From Litchfieldia suaedae (lineage in GTDB: Bacteria > Bacillota > Bacilli > Bacillales > Bacillaceae_L), in assembly GCA_014960805.1 (NCBI GenBank), contig CP063163.1:1233584-1257583 (forward strand): a stretch of 24,000 bases of DNA, read 5' to 3'. Position 1 is the stretch's first letter. The number at the start of each line of letters is the position of its first letter. Both the position numbers and the translations under genes were made by a program. Below, one piece after another: positions 8,466 through 16,843 of this stretch. The notes under the pieces are model-generated. The model was not told the origin of the DNA. It did no database searches and saw only the letters and a program-made list of their open reading frames with translations.

Positions 8466-8996
8466 TTATATTACATAATCTTCTTTGACCATTCCATAAT
8501 AGGTAAGGTCTATGTATTCGTCGCCTTTTTTGACGTGTTGTTTGAATGTTCCTTCGTGTTTCATTCCTAACTTCTCCATTACCTTCCATGAGCCTGGATT
8601 GGAAGTGAAGGAAGCAGCATAGATTCGGTTTAATCCGAGTTGATTAAATCCGTAACGAAACATTTCCCGAGCGGCTTCGGTTGCATAGCCTTTACCCCAA
8701 TATGGTTTACCGATCCAATAGTTAATTTCTCCTCGACTAAAGGACATTGATAAATTAAACCCAATGACTCCAATAAGTGAGTTACTTTCTTTATTAATGA
8801 TGGCAAATGTAACTTGTCGGTTGGCTTGTTCACTTTCCTTTAAGGAGTTAATCCAACCGATTGCTCCCCCTTTAGGATAGGGGTGTGGAATTGAAAGTGT
8901 AGTTTTTGCTATTTCATAATCACCCGCAAGTTCTTCAACAATATCAGCATCTTCTGCTACTAATTCTCTTATCAATAAACGGCTTGTTTCTAACAT
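8466..8996 (-). CDS. GNAT N-acetyltransferase, RimJ/RimL-like
   Basis: The layout is typical of the family: LETSRLLIRELVAEDA at the N-terminus, the IGKPYWGKGYATEAAREM acetyl-CoA loop, and a NPGSWKVMEKLGMKHEG tail. Confidence 0.85.
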   Translation of the reverse strand: MLETSRLLIRELVAEDADIVEELAGDYEIAKTTLSIPHPYPKGGAIGWINSLKESEQANRQVTFAIINKESNSLIGVIGFNLSMSFSRGEINYWIGKPYWGKGYATEAAREMFRYGFNQLGLNRIYAASFTSNPGSWKVMEKLGMKHEGTFKQHVKKGDEYIDLTYYGMVKEDYVI

Positions 8997-9163
8997 ATTT
9001 CTTCCTCCCTTTTTACATATTATAGATACTTTATATAAAAAAGGAAGATTAAATTATTTATAGCTACCAGTTCCTGTTAGGCATGTACCGTATTGTTTTA
9101 AAGGATAAGGGAATGCTTATTAATAAATCCTGCATGTGTAAGTAAGACGGGAGGATATTTTTT

Positions 9164-9823
9164 ATGGGTAAAAAGAATTTTGCCGTATTTGGGTTAGGGC
9201 GTTTTGGAGGAAGTCTTGTTAAAGAACTATACGAGATTGATGTAGAGGTACTCGCAGTTGACAAGAGCTTAGATAAAGTGAACGAGTTCTCTAGATACGC
9301 AACCCATGCCATTCAAGCAAATGCCATTGATGAGAGTATGTTAAAACAACTAGGGATTCGTAACTTTGACCTAGTCTTTGTTTCATTTGGGGATGACATT
9401 GAAGCAAGTATTCTTACCTCACTCTTACTAAAAGAATTAGGGGTAGTTAAGGTTTGGGCAAAGGCTCAAAACGATTATCACCATAAAGTACTAGAAAAGA
9501 TTGGCGTAGACCGAGTCATTCATCCTGAACGTGACATGGCAAAACGAATTGCACATTATATTATCTCTGAAAAACTAATCGATTATATTGAGCTATCAGA
9601 TGAATACAGTATTGTAGAAGTGATTTGTAGTGACAAACTCCATAATAAAACCATTACGGATTTGAATTTGGGGTCAAAGTATCACTGTAACCTAGTGGGT
9701 ATACAACGTGGCAAAGATATTACAGTTTCTCCGAATGTAAATGAAGGACTTGTTAAAGGTGATATTCTTATTGTTGCTGGACATAATGCGGACTTGCATC
9801 GTTTTGAAGAAGAGGGAGTGTAA
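9164..9823 (+). CDS. ktrC: KtrA/KtrC-type RCK (TrkA-N/TrkA-C) K+ uptake gating subunit, stand-alone
   Basis: FAVFGLGRFGGS (Rossmann GxGxxG), then DESMLKQLGIRNFD, AKAQNDYHHKVLEKIGVDRVIHPERDMAKRIAH. It is near-colinear with B. subtilis KtrC/KtrA as I remember them. No adjacent ktrB/ktrD membrane subunit is present, which is the ktrC arrangement. Confidence 0.85.
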   Translation: MGKKNFAVFGLGRFGGSLVKELYEIDVEVLAVDKSLDKVNEFSRYATHAIQANAIDESMLKQLGIRNFDLVFVSFGDDIEASILTSLLLKELGVVKVWAKAQNDYHHKVLEKIGVDRVIHPERDMAKRIAHYIISEKLIDYIELSDEYSIVEVICSDKLHNKTITDLNLGSKYHCNLVGIQRGKDITVSPNVNEGLVKGDILIVAGHNADLHRFEEEGV

Positions 9824-9825
9824 GA

Positions 9826-9862
9826 GTAGCGGCAAAATAAGAACGCTTTTTTTGCCGCTATA
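9826..9862. terminator. Bidirectional terminator between ktrC and the convergent gene
   Basis: tagcggcaaaa (9827-9837) pairs with ttttgccgcta (9850-9860), with T-rich flanks. Confidence 0.75.
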
Positions 9863-9867
9863 TAATC

Positions 9868-10863
9868 TCATGAACTGCTATCCGTTGTTGCCACAGAAGA
9901 TGCGGAAATCATTGCTACCATTGCTGCTTGTTGCGCTTGAATGATGGTCTCCATCGTTGTATACAAACCTGTTTCTAATGAAAGCGAATCCTCAACATAA
10001 TTACTCATAACAAGATGGATAGCTATTGTTAAATTTAAGTCTTTATGCCACTTAAAATGTTTTTCATTAGTAAGATCTTTTGCTAGCTCTAGTGCCAGTT
10101 CATAGGCGTTTAGTCCATCTTCTAGTAAAGAGAGTAAACCAATAGACGGATAATGTTGTCCCTTCGGACTCAACCAGGATGTTTTGAATCCGTCAGCTAA
10201 TGAAGTACACCTCTCAATTAATTTATCCTGAGGAACTCCGTGGTTTAACGCTAAAATATGACTAAGAAATTGTAAGTCATTGCCCCTTCGAAACTCATTT
10301 TTATTCAGTTGCTCATAGAAACTTTCCACTCTGTTCATAAGCTCTTCAATGGAACCTGGTTGATTGGAAAGTAAGACAGCAAGTGGATAATCATTACTTG
10401 ATGTTAAAAAGAAATGATTACTTTTCATCCCGTTATACACTTGCATGATTCTCTTAATACTATCCTCTTGATTGCTATTTAACTCATCTTGAGTCAACAT
10501 AACTAATGCCGCAATATAGGTGAACACACTTCGACTGAACCCATCACTTACTAACTTTTCATAAAGCTCAATAAACTCTTGGAACTTTTCTTTTGGTTGT
10601 TCATAGGGAAGGTCTAGCATAGCAGCTACCGCAAAACGTGTAGATGATTTTAAGGTTGAGAAAAGTCCTACTTGAGCTTTAATATAATCACTCAATTCCA
10701 TAAAACGATTGATATCAAATGAGCGTCCATTTATTGCATACATTGATGCGACCATAAATAAAGTTCGTTGATCACCAACCTTCCAGTGTAATTTATCTCT
10801 TAACTGAGAATAGATATTTTTATAAAGTTGAAGTTTTTGATGACTTGCTTCACGACTAGGCAT
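9868..10863 (-). CDS. All-helical hypothetical protein (331 aa), DUF4003-like (family call from memory)
   Basis: This is ORF-track ORF 9868-10878. The ATG at 10863 is preferred because the track's GTG lies within the SD GTGAGG. Size and N-terminal pattern (LQLYKNIYSQLRDKLHW...LFMVASMYAINGRSFD) fit my recollection of DUF4003. No catalytic motif recognised. Confidence 0.6.
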   Translation of the reverse strand: MPSREASHQKLQLYKNIYSQLRDKLHWKVGDQRTLFMVASMYAINGRSFDINRFMELSDYIKAQVGLFSTLKSSTRFAVAAMLDLPYEQPKEKFQEFIELYEKLVSDGFSRSVFTYIAALVMLTQDELNSNQEDSIKRIMQVYNGMKSNHFFLTSSNDYPLAVLLSNQPGSIEELMNRVESFYEQLNKNEFRRGNDLQFLSHILALNHGVPQDKLIERCTSLADGFKTSWLSPKGQHYPSIGLLSLLEDGLNAYELALELAKDLTNEKHFKWHKDLNLTIAIHLVMSNYVEDSLSLETGLYTTMETIIQAQQAAMVAMISASSVATTDSSS

Positions 10864-11006
10864 AGTAAAAGACCTCACTTAGTTTTATATATCTTTTTAC
10901 GGTAAGAACTTCCAATAAGTTTCATTTTATATGACAGGATAGAAATTCGGAACATTTTTCCAATATTTACGTATATATTTGCAATAGGTTTGTGAGGTGA
11001 GAATCG

Positions 11007-11399
11007 ATGTTATATACAGGTGTTCTAGTTTTATATGCTGTAGCAATTGGATTTATAGGGTTTGGGTTGCTTTTAATCCTTACTAGAAGTGGGAAAGAGA
11101 AAGTTTTAAAGACACTGGGTGCTGGGGTAGCGATGTTTATTTTAGCAATGGTCATCATTGAGTTCAGACCAGCTGCAGAAGGAAATATTGTAATTACTGC
11201 TGATGAAGTTGAGCTTCATAACTCAAATGGAAAAGCATCTTGTAATGTTACCGATCAATTGTTAGAACTCACCTATAAGTATGAAGAAGAAGACGAAGGC
11301 AAAGTTAGGAAATTTTGTTCACAATTTGAATTAGGAGAAGATTATACAATTACGTACCGAGTTGATGAAGGCAGTCATTATATTGTTAAAGTGCACTAA
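11007..11399 (+). CDS. Hypothetical membrane protein (130 aa; two N-terminal TM segments plus a soluble tail)
   Basis: SD GAGGTGA lies 7 nt before the ATG. The TM segments are GVLVLYAVAIGFIGFGLLLIL and GAGVAMFILAMVII. No family recognised. Confidence 0.65.
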   Translation: MLYTGVLVLYAVAIGFIGFGLLLILTRSGKEKVLKTLGAGVAMFILAMVIIEFRPAAEGNIVITADEVELHNSNGKASCNVTDQLLELTYKYEEEDEGKVRKFCSQFELGEDYTITYRVDEGSHYIVKVH

Positions 11400-11506
11400 A
11401 GACACTTTCAGACTAGAACTCTCTGTGAAAATCAATCTATAATCTATACTTTTTAGGCAAAAAAAGATATAATTTAAGTTAATCTTAAGGAGGAGGTGGA
11501 TAGGAA

Positions 11507-11611
11507 TTGGACGATGACGAATCTGAGGGTACGAGTAACAATGTAACAACACTATGGATTAATATAAAAACCAGAGTGTATATTCAATCAATTTATTATA
11601 GACGGCAATGA
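11507..11611 (+). CDS. Candidate small ORF (34 aa) with a very strong SD, upstream of the CNNM-type gene
   Basis: AAGGAGGAGGTGG (11488-11500) is followed 6 nt later by TTG at 11507. The sequence is MDDDESEGTSNNVTTLWINIKTRVYIQSIYYRRQ. A perfect TATAAT sits at 11468-11473. There is no homology evidence. Confidence 0.3.
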   Translation: MDDDESEGTSNNVTTLWINIKTRVYIQSIYYRRQ

Positions 11612-11674
11612 TTTCTCTATGAACTAACTAATCAACCATAAAAAATTGATTAAAAATTTGGAGGATGAATTGTT

Positions 11675-12994
11675 TTGTTTACTGAATTGATGGTTTTATT
11701 TATTCTCATAGTGCTGAATGCCTTTTTTGCAGCATCAGAGATTGCTTTAATTTCGTTAAATGATAATAAAATAAAGGCGATGGCTGAAACTGGTAATAAG
11801 AGAGCTAAATTGTTACACAACCTTTTGAACGAACCTAGTCGCTTCTTAGCCACGATTCAAATTGGGATTACACTTGCCGGCTTTTTAGCGAGTGCATTTG
11901 CTGCAGGAAGCTTTGCTGGTCAATTAGCTCACTATCTATTTAATCTTGGAGTACCTTTATCAGAAAAGGTGCTTGAAACGATTTCTGTTGTACTAATCAC
12001 CGTATTTCTTTCGTTTTTTACGTTAGTGGTTGGTGAATTAGTACCAAAACGTATAGCTATGCAAAAAGCAGAAGCGATTTCCATGTTTGTAGCAGTTCCA
12101 TTAACAATACTGTCTAAAATATCTGCTCCTTTTGTTGCATTATTAACAGTTTCAACTAATGGAATCTTGCGTATTTTTGGTATTGACCCTCACAAGGATA
12201 ATGACAACGTCACTGAGGAAGAAATCAGAATGATGGTTGATGTAGGTGAGGAAAATGGGTCGATACAATCTAGTGAAAAAGTAATGATTAATAATATATT
12301 AGAGTTCAATAATAAACTAGTTTCTGATATTATGACTCACAGAACAAATGTGGTTGGTATATCACTTGAAACCGCGTTTAAGGATGTTGTAAAACTAATT
12401 AACACTGAACAGTATACACGATACCCTGTTTATTCAGATGGAATGGATAACATTGTAGGCATTCTTCATGTTAAAGACATTCTTCAATTCATGGAAAGTG
12501 GAGATGGTCAGGCATTTAGTCTCAAGGAAATGATGAGAACTCCGTATTTTGTTCTTGGATCTAGAAAAACAGATGATTTATTTTTAGATTTACAAAGAAG
12601 TAAAGTTCATATGGCTGTTGTTATCGATGAATATGGTGGGACAGATGGGATAGTCACGATTGAAGATTTAATTGAAGAAATCGTTGGAAATATCTTTGAT
12701 GAGTACGATGAACATGAGGAAGAGAACGAAATTAATAAGCTAGATGACAACACGTTCTTAATGAATGGTACAGTTAGCTTATATGACGTTAGAGATGCTC
12801 TTAAAATTGATCTACCTGTATCGGATTATGATACGTTAAGTGGATTTGTCATTGGGCAGCTTGGAAATATTCCAGTTGTGGAAGATAAATCATTTATTGA
12901 ATTCAACGGAGTATTATTCAATGTAGAGCAAGTGGATGAAAAGCGTATTACAAAAATTAAAGTTGAGATGAACCATATGGTGGAAGCATCTTGA
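11675..12994 (+). CDS. CNNM/HlyC/CorC-family membrane protein (DUF21 TM domain + CBS pair + CorC_HlyC domain), putative divalent-cation efflux
   Basis: N-terminal DUF21 pattern (LNAFFAASEIALISL, GELVPKRIA). The CBS region follows (VSDIMTHRTNVVGI...YTRYPVY...IVGILHVKDIL). The C-terminal transporter-associated domain is present (GTVSLYDV...DYDTLSGFVIGQLGNIP). The TTG start lies 9 nt after GGAGGA. Confidence 0.9.
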   Translation: MFTELMVLFILIVLNAFFAASEIALISLNDNKIKAMAETGNKRAKLLHNLLNEPSRFLATIQIGITLAGFLASAFAAGSFAGQLAHYLFNLGVPLSEKVLETISVVLITVFLSFFTLVVGELVPKRIAMQKAEAISMFVAVPLTILSKISAPFVALLTVSTNGILRIFGIDPHKDNDNVTEEEIRMMVDVGEENGSIQSSEKVMINNILEFNNKLVSDIMTHRTNVVGISLETAFKDVVKLINTEQYTRYPVYSDGMDNIVGILHVKDILQFMESGDGQAFSLKEMMRTPYFVLGSRKTDDLFLDLQRSKVHMAVVIDEYGGTDGIVTIEDLIEEIVGNIFDEYDEHEEENEINKLDDNTFLMNGTVSLYDVRDALKIDLPVSDYDTLSGFVIGQLGNIPVVEDKSFIEFNGVLFNVEQVDEKRITKIKVEMNHMVEAS

Positions 12995-13036
12995 AAAAAG
13001 TAAGAGTGTTAGGGATGATTCCTAACACTCTTTTTG
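12995..13036. terminator. Terminator of the CNNM-type gene, overlapping the 3' end of the convergent gene
   Basis: Sequence is aaaaaagt aagagtgttagg gatgatt cctaacactctt ttt: a 12-bp stem. Confidence 0.8.
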
Positions 13037-13587
13037 CTTAAATAAATCATGATAAACTTTGTGAAAATAGCTATTAGAGGATAGATAGTGAAAGAGTAGA
13101 TGTGTTTCCAATTAAGTGTTTGGTAAGCCCCCGTCCATTGGAAAAAAGGCTCAGCTACATAGGAGATAAATGCAGCCAAGAGTATGGCAGTTATAATAAA
13201 TCGTTTGGTCTGTGTAATCCATTGGTAGATGAGCATATATGGAATAATTACTAAAGCTATATCGTATGGATAAAATTGTGGATCTAAATAAGGTGATAAA
13301 CGAATTGGATAAGTCCACAACATCATTTTGGTTCCAATTGAGTCTAAGATGGTTGCAATTGTTCCCAGAAATAGTCCATATGTTATTACTTCAAAGATCT
13401 TTGTTTTATCTAATAAAATCCACCAAATAATAGGTGATATGATTGTTAATATAAGTAACATCCACCAAGTAAGTGTTAGGAAATTGGATTCATACCAATA
13501 TTGTCGTAAAAGATGATAATAAGAAGATTCTGCATCAAATACTTTTTGAAATTCAATGCTCGCAATCATTAGAAAAGTTGAGTTCAT
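13009..13587 (-). CDS. Polytopic membrane protein, CBO0543-family-like (call from memory)
   Basis: This is ORF-track ORF 13009-13599. The ATG at 13587 is preferred because the track's GTG is inside the SD AGGAGTG. It has about 5 hydrophobic segments rich in W, Y and P (LTWWMLLILTIISPIIWWILL, LWTYPIRLSP, YPYDIALVIIPY). Confidence 0.7.
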   Translation of the reverse strand: MNSTFLMIASIEFQKVFDAESSYYHLLRQYWYESNFLTLTWWMLLILTIISPIIWWILLDKTKIFEVITYGLFLGTIATILDSIGTKMMLWTYPIRLSPYLDPQFYPYDIALVIIPYMLIYQWITQTKRFIITAILLAAFISYVAEPFFQWTGAYQTLNWKHIYSFTIYPLIAIFTKFIMIYLSKKSVRNHP

Positions 13588-13653
13588 AGTGGTCTTCACT
13601 CCTACCTATAGGATGATTCATAAGTAGGAGATTCATTCAATATATTTATAATG

Positions 13654-14082
13654 CTAATGAATCAAACTATCAAGGTGTACAATATGCTGACGATCTTTAT
13701 CCAAGATTGATTCAATTAGAGCTTTGCTTTCTGGGTCAAGGTCACCTTTTACAATTTCCTCTGACATGTGAATACCATATTGGTCTTCACCCTCTTTAGC
13801 GAATTTAATAATGTCCTCGGTTGTGTTCGGAATGGAAAATCCACTCATATAATTTTGAATCGAACCCATGAGGCCTTCATCATCGACTGGCACACCACCA
13901 AGGTTTTGAATACGCTCAGCAACCTGGGATGCATGTTCTTTATGCTCCTGCTGAATTTTTTGAAATTCTATTCTTATTGAGGGATCCTCCAAATGCTTAA
14001 TACAGTGTTCATATTGGTGGATACCCATATACTGTCCTTTTAAAAAGGCATTCAATTCTTTTATCACGATTTCTTGGTTCAT
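13654..14082 (-). CDS. Ferritin-like four-helix-bundle protein (DUF2383/PA2169-like)
   Basis: LNAFLKGQYMGIHQYEHCIKHLEDPSIRIEFQKIQQEHKEHASQVAERIQNLGGVP fits the pattern I remember for this family. It lies 66 nt upstream of the CBO0543-like gene and is co-directional with it. Confidence 0.65.
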   Translation of the reverse strand: MNQEIVIKELNAFLKGQYMGIHQYEHCIKHLEDPSIRIEFQKIQQEHKEHASQVAERIQNLGGVPVDDEGLMGSIQNYMSGFSIPNTTEDIIKFAKEGEDQYGIHMSEEIVKGDLDPESKALIESILDKDRQHIVHLDSLIH

Positions 14083-14255
14083 CTGGCAACATCCTTTCTA
14101 CAAGTAGTTTTTCAGGTTTTGACTAGAAGTATTCTGACTCGGAATAATATTTTAGTTTGAGAAAAAACAGTTATTTCTGTAGATAGACATACTGCAAATG
14201 AACCTATAAAATGAGGTACTATATATAGTAGGAGACAAGAAATAGGGGTGGAGAC

Positions 14256-15239
14256 ATGATACGTTTTGGAATCATAGGAACTAATTGGATTACGGACCGT
14301 TTAATTGATGCTGGGACAAGACTAGATGATTTTCAGGTTACGGCTGTTTATTCAAGGTCAAAGGAAAACGCCAAAGATTTTGCGGCTAGGTATGGGATTA
14401 GAGAGACGTTTACAAACCTTGATGAAATGGCTAAAAGTAATAAAATTGATGCTGTCTATATAGCAAGTCCTAATTCAATGCATGCTACCCAAGCTATCAC
14501 ATTTATGAACCAGGGGAAGCATGTGCTGTGCGAAAAGCCACTTGCTTCAAACACAGCAGAAGTGGATTTGATGATAGAAGCGGCAAAGGCAAACCAAGTC
14601 TTATTAATGGAAGCGATGAAAACCACTCTTTTACCCAATTTCAAAAACATTCAACAGAACTTACATAAACTCGGAAAAATACGTAGATATGTCGGAAACT
14701 TTAGCAAGTACTCATCTAGATATGATGCCTATAAAGAGGGCACTATACTAAATGCTTTTAAACCAGAGTTTTCGAATGGCTCATTAATGGACCTTGGCGT
14801 GTACTGCATATATCCTATGGTTTTGTTATTTGGTAAACCAAACAGTATAAAAGCATCAAGCTATCTACTTGAAACACAAGTAGATGGTGAGGGGAGTTTG
14901 TTGATTGAGTATGATGAAATGGATGCAGTCATCATGCATTCCAAGATTTCTAATTCCTACTCACCATCAGAGATCATTGGGGAAGATGGGAGCATGATTA
15001 TTGATAATATTTCCGAGCCTACAGAAGTAGAGATTCGTTATAAAGATGGCTCTATTGAGGTAATCTCTGAGAAAGATGAGATGCCATCTATGTATTATGA
15101 AATTAAGGAATTTATTGAGCTAATCAAACTGGGCAAATTAGAGTCAGAGGTTAACTCACATCACCACTCTAGGAACACCGCAGAAATCATTGAAATCGCT
15201 AGAAAGCAAACAGGAATTGTGTATCCGGCTGATAAGTAG
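14256..15239 (+). CDS. Gfo/Idh/MocA-family NAD(P)-dependent oxidoreductase
   Basis: N-terminal Rossmann fold (IRFGIIGTNWIT), the EKP motif (VLCEKPLA) and a typical C-terminal alpha/beta domain. SD is GGGGTGGAG. Confidence 0.9.
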   Translation: MIRFGIIGTNWITDRLIDAGTRLDDFQVTAVYSRSKENAKDFAARYGIRETFTNLDEMAKSNKIDAVYIASPNSMHATQAITFMNQGKHVLCEKPLASNTAEVDLMIEAAKANQVLLMEAMKTTLLPNFKNIQQNLHKLGKIRRYVGNFSKYSSRYDAYKEGTILNAFKPEFSNGSLMDLGVYCIYPMVLLFGKPNSIKASSYLLETQVDGEGSLLIEYDEMDAVIMHSKISNSYSPSEIIGEDGSMIIDNISEPTEVEIRYKDGSIEVISEKDEMPSMYYEIKEFIELIKLGKLESEVNSHHHSRNTAEIIEIARKQTGIVYPADK

Positions 15240-15264
15240 GGTCTTTTTTGAAGGAGTAAGCAAT

Positions 15265-15804
15265 ATGGAAACAGATATAGTTTATAAATTACTAACAATA
15301 GAAGATTTAACAAATGATGTATTACTAAATTTTCAACGGTATCAGGAGACCAATTTCGTCTGGTTTAAAGAGGATGATCAATATAAAGTAAAGGAAGATT
15401 ACTTTGTTGACTATTGGGATGGAGAGAAGAAGGCCCAAGTTGTCCAATCATTATGTCAATGTATTTTGAACGGTGGGTTTGTCATAGGGTCATTTATAGG
15501 TAAACAGTTAATTGGCTTTGCAAATGTGGAAGGTGAGTTTTTTGGTAAAAATCGAGAATATCTTGAATTATCTTATTTACATGTTTCAAATGAACATAGG
15601 AAATTTGGGGTAGGTAGGAAACTCTTTGAAAAATGTAGTATTGAAGCAAAGAAAAAGGGTGCAAAAAAACTCTATATTGCTGCACATCCTTCAGTTGAAA
15701 CACAGGCCTTTTATCAAAAAGTTGGCTGTACTTATGCTGTCGAGATTAATCAGGAAATACTAGAAAAAGAACCACTTGATATTCAAATGGAATTTGAGTT
15801 GTAG
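15265..15804 (+). CDS. GNAT-family acetyltransferase (179 aa)
   Basis: The ATG at 15265 lies 5 nt after GAAGGAGTAAG. The track's 15190 start would overlap the previous gene by 50 nt. The acetyl-CoA loop is HRKFGVGRKLFEKC. Confidence 0.8.
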   Translation: METDIVYKLLTIEDLTNDVLLNFQRYQETNFVWFKEDDQYKVKEDYFVDYWDGEKKAQVVQSLCQCILNGGFVIGSFIGKQLIGFANVEGEFFGKNREYLELSYLHVSNEHRKFGVGRKLFEKCSIEAKKKGAKKLYIAAHPSVETQAFYQKVGCTYAVEINQEILEKEPLDIQMEFEL

Positions 15805-15816
15805 TAAGTGAATACT

Positions 15817-15849
15817 AAAAGACCTTCAAGTTAGAAGGTCTTATTTTTC
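15817..15849. terminator. Bidirectional terminator between the GNAT gene and rpiA
   Basis: Sequence is aaaagaccttc aagtta gaaggtctt atttttc. The rpiA stop codon lies in the right arm. Confidence 0.8.
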
Positions 15850-16530
15850 TATCACACGGATCCCGTCATCTCCACTAACGATTACAATGTCTGTCATATT
15901 CACAAATAATCCTGTTTCAACTACGCCAAGTAATAATTTTAACTGGTTGTGTAAAGCTCCAGGATCAGAAATGGTATTAAATTGACAATCAACAATATAA
16001 TTGCCGTTATTGGTTACAAATATCTCATGATCGTTCATTCTTAGTTTTGGAACACAGCCTAGTTTTGCAATTCGTTCAGCTGTAACCTCCCATCCAAATG
16101 GTACGATTTCAACGGGAAGAGGAAACCTTCCTAGTTGATTGACCATTTTTGATTGGTCAACTACAATGATTAATTTGCGAGCATAATCATCAACGAGTTT
16201 TTCACGTAAAAGTGACCCACCGCCACCTTTTGATAGGTTAAGGTTAGTGTCTACCTCATCGGCGCCATCAATGGCAATATCTAAATAGTCTACATCCTTA
16301 AAATCGATTAGAGGTATGCCAAATTCATTAGCCCAGCCTTCCGTTCGCTTGGATGAAGGAATCCCACGCACTTTCATTCCTTGTTGAATCATTTCACCTA
16401 ATTTTTTTAAGGTCCAGTAAACTGTAGAACCAGATCCTAAACCGACAGTCATGCCATCTTGTACGTATTCAGCCGCTCTTTCACCAACGAGTTTTTTTTG
16501 ATCCTGGTTTTCTTCAAAGTTTTTCTTCAT
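15841..16530 (-). CDS. rpiA: Ribose-5-phosphate isomerase A
   Basis: GLGSGSTV, IDGADEVD, KGGGGSLLREK and a GVVETGLF tail are the canonical RpiA blocks. Length is 229 aa. Confidence 0.95.
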   Translation of the reverse strand: MKKNFEENQDQKKLVGERAAEYVQDGMTVGLGSGSTVYWTLKKLGEMIQQGMKVRGIPSSKRTEGWANEFGIPLIDFKDVDYLDIAIDGADEVDTNLNLSKGGGGSLLREKLVDDYARKLIIVVDQSKMVNQLGRFPLPVEIVPFGWEVTAERIAKLGCVPKLRMNDHEIFVTNNGNYIVDCQFNTISDPGALHNQLKLLLGVVETGLFVNMTDIVIVSGDDGIRVIEK

Positions 16531-16578
16531 CTATTCCACCTCTTTGATGATATATCTCTTTTAGTATATACCATATAT

Positions 16579-16607
16579 GAATGAAAGATGGCGGTTTATC
16601 CATACTA
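16579..16607 (+). promoter_or_regulatory. Forespore sigma-G(/F)-type promoter candidate
   Basis: GAATG (16579-16583), a 17-nt spacer, then CATACTA (16601-16607). This matches the sigma-G consensus GnATR-17/18-CATnnTA. It lies about 30 nt upstream of the SD and ATG of the 16639 ORF. Confidence 0.4.
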
Positions 16608-16638
16608 ACGAGGAAGATAATGATGAGGAGGAATTTTC

Positions 16639-16779
16639 ATGACAAAAAAAGATCAATCACCATCTAATCAAGTTGACCAAAAGGCATTATTAAACGAGAA
16701 GGTAGAAAAAGCAAGAGAGAATAACTTTGAAGGAGACCATATCCGTCAAACAAGCCCAGGTGGGGTTCCGAGACAATAG
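16639..16779 (+). CDS. Candidate small hydrophilic protein (46 aa), possibly a minor SASP-like forespore protein
   Basis: GAGGAGGA lies 7 nt before the ATG at 16639. The sequence is MTKKDQSPSNQVDQKALLNEKVEKARENNFEGDHIRQTSPGGVPRQ. It has no hydrophobic core and a polar composition resembling minor SASPs. It is too short for the ORF track. Confidence 0.5.
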   Translation: MTKKDQSPSNQVDQKALLNEKVEKARENNFEGDHIRQTSPGGVPRQ

Positions 16780-16843
16780 AAAGAATTGATTATTAGTTAA
16801 AGTAACCCAGTACTAAACCTCATGTACTATGTACAAAGAAACA

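Noticed and set aside
8997-9163. Possible c-di-AMP (ydaO-type) riboswitch upstream of ktrC
   Set aside because: B. subtilis ktrAB is preceded by such a riboswitch. I could not find its conserved GC-rich cores (for example GGGGGACCCA or CCGAACCCG...AGCTAACCTCGTAAGCG as I remember them) in this AT-rich 167-nt region. A cmscan would settle it.
15190-15264. N-terminal extension of the second GNAT gene overlapping the oxidoreductase gene
   Set aside because: It has no SD at 15190. A strong SD plus ATG at 15265 gives a normal-length GNAT.
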